Shown here piece by piece: positions 56,800 through 64,000 of a stretch of DNA of 64,000 nucleotides. Position numbers and translations under genes: made by a program. The stretch's first letter is position 1. Each line of letters begins with the position of its first letter. The notes below the pieces were generated by a model. The model worked only from the letters and a program-made list of their open reading frames with translations. It did no database searches and was not told the DNA's origin. Location: the NCBI GenBank assembly GCA_951406725.2, contig OX597831.1, positions 14,570,001-14,634,000 on the forward strand, given 5' to 3'. Source of the stretch: Octopus vulgaris (lineage: Eukaryota).

Positions 56800-56956
56800 A
56801 CCATCAGTATGATCATCATTATCATCATCATCATCTTCATCTTCATCATCATCATTATCATCATCATAATCATCATCATAATCATCAGCATCATCTTCAT
56901 CATCATCATCTTCATCATCATCATTATCATCATCAAAATCATCATCATCATCATCC

Positions 56957-57013
<57 letters not shown>

Positions 57014-57930
57014 CCATCATCATCGTCGTCGTCGTCGTTGTCGTCGCCGTCGTCGTCGTCGTCGTCGTGGCCGCCGCCGCCACCACCACCACTACCACCA
57101 CCAGCATTGCTACCACCATTACCCCGCCCTCTACTTCCAGCAACGCAATCACCACTTCTACCATCGTCACCATTCCGACACTGCTACCACGACCACCACC
57201 ACCACTGTCGTCATCGTGGTCATCATTGAAAACAGCAACCGCAGCAGCAGCATCGGCAGCAGCAGCATCGGCAGCAGCAACAGCAGTAATTGGTAATTGC
57301 GAAGTGTTTTAATTGTTTGACAAGTTGTTACACAATCTAAATTTCAAATAATTAATTAGTATTGATTATGAGAGGCAAAGGTTGGAAACCTTGCGCGAGA
57401 TGACCGCCACCGTCACCACCGCCGCCATTACTGTTACCACTTGCAACAGCAGCATCAGCAACAGCAGCAGCACCCTCACCACCACCAGCTTCATCATCAT
57501 CATCATCATAATTCTCATTCTCAATCAATTAACGATTTGTGAAATATTAGTCATCATCATCATCATCATCATCATCGTCGTCATCGTCGTCGTCATCGTA
57601 TTCATCACCATCATCATCATCATCATTAGCAATCAATCTAATTGGTACTCACCATCATTGCCATCACCATCATAGTTCACATCATCATCATCGTCGACGT
57701 TATTATCCTCCTCATCGTCATCATCATTTCCCCTTCTTTCTTTAGCCGCCTCCCTCTTTTCCTCTCCTCTTCCTTCACATCACCATCATCATTCACATAA
57801 CTATCTTCATCATCGTAATGATCTTCCTCCTCATCCTCGCCATCTTCCTTTCCTTCTCCCTTCCTCCTTTTCCTCCCCTCCTCCTTCTCAGCATCATCAT
57901 CATTTTCATCACCTACATGCTTCTTCTCCA
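56800..57930. repeat. Compound (ATC)/(GTC)/(ACC)/(GCA) trinucleotide region
   Basis: Read directly; an analogous (CTA/CTG)n region lies at 37565-37972. Confidence 0.9.
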
Positions 57931-58130
57931 CTTCATTATCTCAAGGTTTCTCCATGCAGGTGAAGACACTGTTAATTAAATCGACCCGCAACAGTAGCTG
58001 GTATCCACCGGCAACGGCGTGCTAAGGTAAAATCCGTTCTTACAGACACATGAAAACGACCCAAAGAAACAGAAACGTGCATTTAGGAATGTCATCGCCG
58101 CTGGTGAGAGATTTTCGTCTGCTACCTATA

Positions 58131-59403
58131 GAGATGGCATCAAAAGGTCCCCGGACTAGTTAGGTTTAATAAAGAGTAACTTATTTACCTAAGTATTAAC
58201 ATCGTCTCCTTCGAAATAGTCCCCTTGCACAGCAATACACCGGTTCCAGCGTTCCTGCCACTTTTGGAATCCGGTCTGGAAGTCGTTTTCTGTAAGCGAG
58301 TCGAAGACCTTCTGCGAGTCGAAGACCTTCCGCGAGTCGAGGCCCTTCTGCGAATCGAGGCCCTTCTGCGAATCGAGGGCCTTCTGCGAGTCTAGGACCT
58401 TCTGCGAGTCGAAGAACTTCTGCGAGTCGAGGTCCTTCTGCGAGTCGAGGACCTTCTGCGAGTCGAGGACCGTCTGCGAGTCGATGCCTTTCAGCGAGTC
58501 TAGAAGCTTATGCGATTCGAGGCCATTCTGCGAGTCGAGGCCCTTCTGTGAATCGAGGGCTTTCTGCGAGTCTAGGACCTTCTGCGAGTCAAGGCCCTTT
58601 TGCGAGTCGAGGGCCTTCTGCGAGTTGAGGACCGCCTGCGAGTCGATGCCTTTCAGTGAGTCTAGAACCTTCTGCGAATCGAGGAACTTCTGCGATTCGT
58701 TCTAGATCTCAACAACAGTGTTAAAATGGTGACCGTTGAGGTGAATTTTCATCTTGGAAGAAGAGATGCAAGTCCGCAGGTGCTAAATCCGGCGCATAGG
58801 GCGGGTGAGGAGGCGAAACCTTGTTGTTTTTGAGCAAGAACCTAACGAGTGAGGAGACTCCGGTGAAGAATCCAATTCTTCGCGCTCCACAGATCTGGGG
58901 TCGCTTTCGCCGAATCTCCCCCTCCTCAAACACTTCAAACGTCGCAGTAGAACTCTCGGCTGACGGTTTGGCCCTGGAGGACGAAATCGCGATGCACAAT
59001 ACCGCAGATATCGAAACAAACGACGGGCGTGTTCTTGATTAAGCTCTAGCTCTGTCGTTCGCTTGTGCCACTCGAAACGTTGCGTACGACCCAAGTGCCG
59101 CGTGAGCGTAAGCTTGCTGAAACCTGCTCAATGCCTGTGTAACATATTTCCGAATTTAAGCGCAAGATTTCACGGCGGCTCTTTGTTCTAACTTCTAGTC
59201 CATGACAAAAATCGCAGACTACATCATAAAAACACAAATTTCATAAAAATACAAATTTCACAACTTGCGAAGTAAACACAGCGATGTTACTCGTCACACT
59301 GCCTCATGAAGGTCTCTGCTAGGCTTTCACTGCACAGGAAACCGTGTGCTGCCATCTGTTGGGCGCTACAGAACTAGTCCGGGAACTTTTTGATAACACC
59401 TCA
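58131..59403 (-). mobile_element. Defective Tc1/mariner DNA transposon
   Basis: ~31-bp TIRs (gagatggcatcaaaaggtccccggactagtt / aactagtccgggaactttttgataacacctca) with TA on both sides. Minus-strand transposase remnants: MGRTQRFEWH, PHPPYAPDLAPADLHLF (YSPDLAP motif), FQKWQERWNRCIAVQGDYFEG. Frameshifts and deletions are present. Confidence 0.9.
58296..58700. repeat. 18-bp minisatellite (ctgcgagtcgaggacctt-like, ~22 copies) inside the mariner transposase
   Basis: 18-bp periodicity read directly from the sequence. Confidence 0.9.
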
Positions 59404-60306
59404 TATTTTGTTCTTCTTTAAAACTGTACGTCTATAAGAGGCACAATCTCAAATCGAACATCTCAATTAATTAGGCTTACCACGGTGTATCAGCTTTAAA
59501 AATGATATAGAGAATGCTATTTTACATTCATGCTGTTTCTATTGTACAAAACGAACTTTTATTCGGTCAGCCAGCCAACTGGAACATCAGTGATTCCGAT
59601 TTTTATATCAGTAATAGCGGATTTTATATTAGCATGTGGTTGCCGATGGATATACCCATCCACAAGTTATACCCATCCAAAATGGAGGCGAGTACCAAGA
59701 TTTTCATGTAGCACTCTTCAACAATTGTGAAGATATATTCGCATGAAACCATTGGTAGCCTTTGTTAACTCACAAATAAAGAAGAATACACACACGCACA
59801 CACACATACATATATACTTTTTCACACATACATTCTAATACACGCATGTATTCAACCGTAAATGTATACATATATACATGCATGCAAACATATACACACA
59901 TATACAACAGTACCAATTAAAGTCCCTCTTCTTGATCATTGTATAAAAATCAATATCAAACGTACACATATAACATAGTCTTATACATGTTCCAGTAGAT
60001 GGGATGGTCATGGAGAGAGCTTCATTGAGTATAAACACGTTGGAATTGAACCAAGTTTGATCTGGGTTTGGACAACTGCTGATCGAGTATTAAATAATAC
60101 GGAACTTGAAGCATCTTATCCTATTCTTAAAAAGGAATTATATCTTTCTGAATGCATATATCTATTAATATAATCAAATAACCATACCTACATGTGTATG
60201 TATTTACGTATTTACACATACATACATAGATACATACATACATGCATGCATACATACAGGCATACACATATATATATAATAAATAATTGCATGTACATAC
60301 ATGTGA

Positions 60307-60478
<172 letters not shown>

Positions 60479-61530
60479 GTATATATACAGGCACACACAC
60501 TCGAAAAGATAAATGAATTAACTTGTTACAAGAAGGCTGTGTAAATATGAACGCTTTGGCACATTCAAATATTTTATTGGAAAACTGGATGTGTTGGTGA
60601 GTATTGAAAGTTCTGTCTGTTTATTGTATTTATTTTAATGTGCAAATATAATATTCGAAACTGCAAATTTAATTTACGTAAAACTTTTACTTCGTTTTCT
60701 TCCACTTCTTTCCATCTATCTGTAATTTATTGAATGTTTCGGTTTTGAAAACTTCCATGGGTATTGAATCACATATATATTTACTTCATTTTCCCTGTAT
60801 TCCCTGATGTCCGTGCCGTTCCTCTGTAAATGGTTTTGTAAAGATTTAAGTAAGTGAAATTCTGACAGAGCAAAAATCTGAAGAATATGGCACGTGTAAC
60901 ATTTACTCCCCACCCGAACGAATAGAGAGAATTTTAGTGACTTGAGCAATGGGAAGTCCAGTATTATCTTGAGGAAAAAGAACGTCTTCGTGCGGTTTAT
61001 TAAGACAGGGCCCTTCCTATTTAAACTATGAAGATGCACGGTGTTAAATGTTCATCATAACGAAATCGTTCCATCACCCCTCAAACGCTTAGTGAAATTT
61101 TCTTTGCTTGAAGTCTCTCTCTCATGATGTGGGAGAGGTTAGTATGTTGGGCGGGCTTAGCAGCTAATTTGTAAGGTTTAATAATACTGATTTCTCATCT
61201 CCAGTCATGAACCGATTATAAAATAGTGCTTCAAGCGATTACCAAATATTAAGATTTTATTAATTATTTATTATTTAATGTGCATGAGAAATCCATCTTC
61301 GCATTGAAGCCGATGAAATGTTCTTCAAAAGATAATGAATGATCAAAATGCAAACATTGATTTCAAAAGAAAGCTCTTTCGCTGTCACAGCAGAATTCCT
61401 TGAAAGAGCTACTTCTGGCATTTCATCACCCAATTCGGAAAGATGTCCTGATCTAAGCGAATTGAAATTACTGCGTTTGAATGTTTCATATCATCTTCAA
61501 TACAATTCTATATTTAAGAGATGAGGAATT

Positions 61531-61871
61531 TTTTCATTTTTCATTTTCATTTCATCTAGTTTCAGCTCACGAGCTTTGGCCATGCTGGGGCAGTGCCATT
61601 CTGTGTTGCTACATGAGTTTACTTCACGAATGCTTTTTAGCAATTGACATTTGGTGCATGAGAGAGTTTGATGCAGCTGCCCTCATCTGCACCTCCTGCC
61701 GTGAAGTTGGTTCATCTAGGACACCTGACAGGAAGAGGTCCAGCTTTATTTTAAAGACATCTGCATCCACCCCATGCAGGTCTCTCAGGTCCTTCGGGAG
61801 GATATTGAAGAGCTGTGGACCTCTGAAGCCCAGGCTATCGCAGTATCTTGTCCTGCATCTTGATGGCAAAT
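61531..61871 (-). mobile_element. CR1/L2-group LINE 3' fragment nested in a hammerhead-family repeat
   Basis: SLGFRGPQLFNILPKDLRDLHGVDADVFKIKLDLFLSGVLDEP with a (TGAAA)n-like tail. The host repeat continues on both sides (61506-61530 and 61872-61969). Confidence 0.75.
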
Positions 61872-63604
61872 TTGTTCATTATTTACATTATTTACATTAT
61901 TTACATCTGACGGATATTTGTCCGCATCTTGTTTGTTGCTAACTCAACGTTTCGGCTGATATACCCTCCGAGGAAGGATAGGAAAATATTAGATATATAA
62001 TAATGTGTGGGTCTATGTTTGCTCCTCTTGATAACCGGTGTTGGTGCATTTATGTTCGGTAAAAGAGACCGATTGAATAAGAACGAGGTTTAAAAGAATA
62101 AGTTCGTCCGTTCGACTAAAAATTCTTCAAGGCGCTGCTCCAGCATGGCCGTAGTCAAATGACTGAGATAAGTAGAAGACAAGAAAGAAGAACCTTTTCA
62201 AATATTTCTGCCTGTGTAAGACCCTCAATGAAACATTATGCAACAAAAATTTTCTTTCCTTCGTTCTATCATGTGACATCCACATATAAAATTATATGTA
62301 ATAATAAAGGTTATTCTTTTGCGGGAATATTTCATTGAAAAGATTTGCATCAGTGAATGCCATCGATGTATAATCAGAGTAATAAAAAGGTTCCAGCAGA
62401 CTCATACAAGTAATGAGAGAGAACTTTCCAAGCAACAGGATATGGTTATTGATCTCAAATATCAGTAATTAAAATGGCGAGCTGACACGCATGGCTGCAT
62501 GCTTTGCGTTATTCCCTCAATCTTTACGTTCTGAGTTCGAATACCTCCGTGGTGGACTTTGCCATTCTTCCTTTCGGGATCGATAAAATAAATACCATTT
62601 GAACACTAGGGTCCATATAATCGACTTATCTCCACCCTGAGAGTGCTGGTTGTGTGCCAAAATTTCAAACCAATATCGAATACATCAATATATTTTTTTT
62701 ATATTGCTGGTATCAAATACATTTAAAAAAATCTCTCCAGACTTAAATTTCAATGGGCCTCACACAATTCCGTTTGAATAAGGACTCTGCGTAGGTTCAA
62801 AACAATTTATAGTAGTTCAAGGCCCATGTGTTGTAGGAGCAGACGAAAGAAGGTATTAGTTTACTGTTTATTATCCGAAGAAATCAAACTACGAGAAACC
62901 AGGGACGCAATCGCGTATAAACTCCAATTTGCCTTGAATCTCCTTTCAATTAGGAACTGCGAGTAAATCTAAACCATGCAAGCATCAAAGAACTTTTGGT
63001 GATACCAATATACTAATTGCATCTCATTGACCCATCGTTTCCGTGCATTAGCTTAGTAATCATTCCCCTATTAACTGTTTTTGAAACATCCCCGTATCTC
63101 TATCGTTCAATTTTCTCCTGTGTATTATTATTTCCATTTCAAAATTCACTCTCAAGAGTAACGTCTTTCGAATTAAGTTTACAGAACTCCCAGTTTAATG
63201 ATAATTAATGCTTGTGATAATACGAGATCAAAACAAGGTTTGTACAGCTAATGTGTTAAAGGCATTCACGCATTAATATGGCGTGGTTTTCTTTTAAAAT
63301 TTAAAATATGGCGGCATGAAAAACTGCGTAAATTTTATGTATTTATTCTTCCTTTGTGCGAGAAATGGTCAGTTGCTGCCAGTGTTTGTTTCAACAGACT
63401 ACATTAAACTGATACTGCATTTTACATATTAGGTACATTTTCCTTCGCTATTTATTACTACCACACCTCTCATAAACACACACAAAAATACACATACATG
63501 CACTTAAATATAAATCCAAAGGTACATGCATACAGATGGACACATACATATATATATAAATATATCTATCTATCTATCTATATATATATATGCATACATA
63601 CATA

Positions 63605-63644
<40 letters not shown>

Positions 63645-63837
63645 GTATGAGAGGGAAACCACTCTCATACGTGTATAGTACAATTTTACTGAACCTTCAG
63701 TTTTTTATATGCTACACCACTGGTGTGAAATCGATGTTAATTAAATTACTAACTAATTTCTCACCCCCATTTTAAATATATATATATAATGGTATTAATT
63801 AATTAGGAGATGGGTTTCGTATTAGACTTTTATTAGT

Positions 63838-63880
63838 TACAACATATGTTTCGACCCATCAGTTTGGGTCTCGTCAGGTA
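63838..63880 (-). ncRNA. Minimal type I hammerhead ribozyme
   Basis: Minus strand reads UAC CUGACGA GACCCA aacuga UGGGUC GAAA CAUAUG UU GUA. Confidence 0.8.
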
Positions 63881-63905
63881 CATTGATAACTTAACTTTTT
63901 AAAAT

Positions 63906-63953
63906 ATTTTTGATAAGGTTCGTTTTTTCAAGAAGAACCGAAACATGTAAAAT
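63906..63953 (+). ncRNA. Hammerhead-like motif with U3-A8 core variant
   Basis: AUUU UUGAUAA GGUUC..GAACC GAAA CAUG UA AAAU. Confidence 0.55.
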
Positions 63954-64000
63954 CTCTAATAAAAATAAAAATTGATTTTACATAGTGGCGTTTTCAAACT

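Noticed and set aside
58296-58700. CRISPR-like periodic array
   Set aside because: Contiguous 18-bp units without spacers, in a eukaryotic context inside a mariner.

Overview
AT-rich, microsatellite-dense eukaryotic DNA. The repeat landscape (tRNA/Deu-Nin SINEs, RTE and CR1/L2 LINE ends, mariners, (TA)n/(CATA)n/(AAT)n) is most consistent with an octopus/cephalopod genome; this is an inference. One spliced protein-coding gene is supported on the + strand. It has four phase-1 coding exons (12388-13561, 18242-18736, 27351-27461, 53279-53623; at least 708 aa, C-terminus not found) encoding a signal-peptide-bearing, very acidic, essentially Cys-free, dibasic-site-rich granin/prohormone-like precursor. 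Almost all other ORFs in the track are microsatellite translations. The main hidden signal is non-coding: about 10 minimal type I hammerhead ribozyme motifs with intact or covarying cores, plus about 8 decayed ones, from several unrelated repeat families. Many of these repeats sit in (TA)n tracts and show the tandem/inverted architecture typical of Penelope-like elements or retrozymes. Highlights are a ~570-bp tandem+inverted array with one hammerhead per unit (6078-7919), a tRNA-head/(AAT)n/hammerhead composite SINE (16901-17255 and 2869-3197), and two motifs with the U3-A8 core covariation. All folds were read by eye; nothing was computed.
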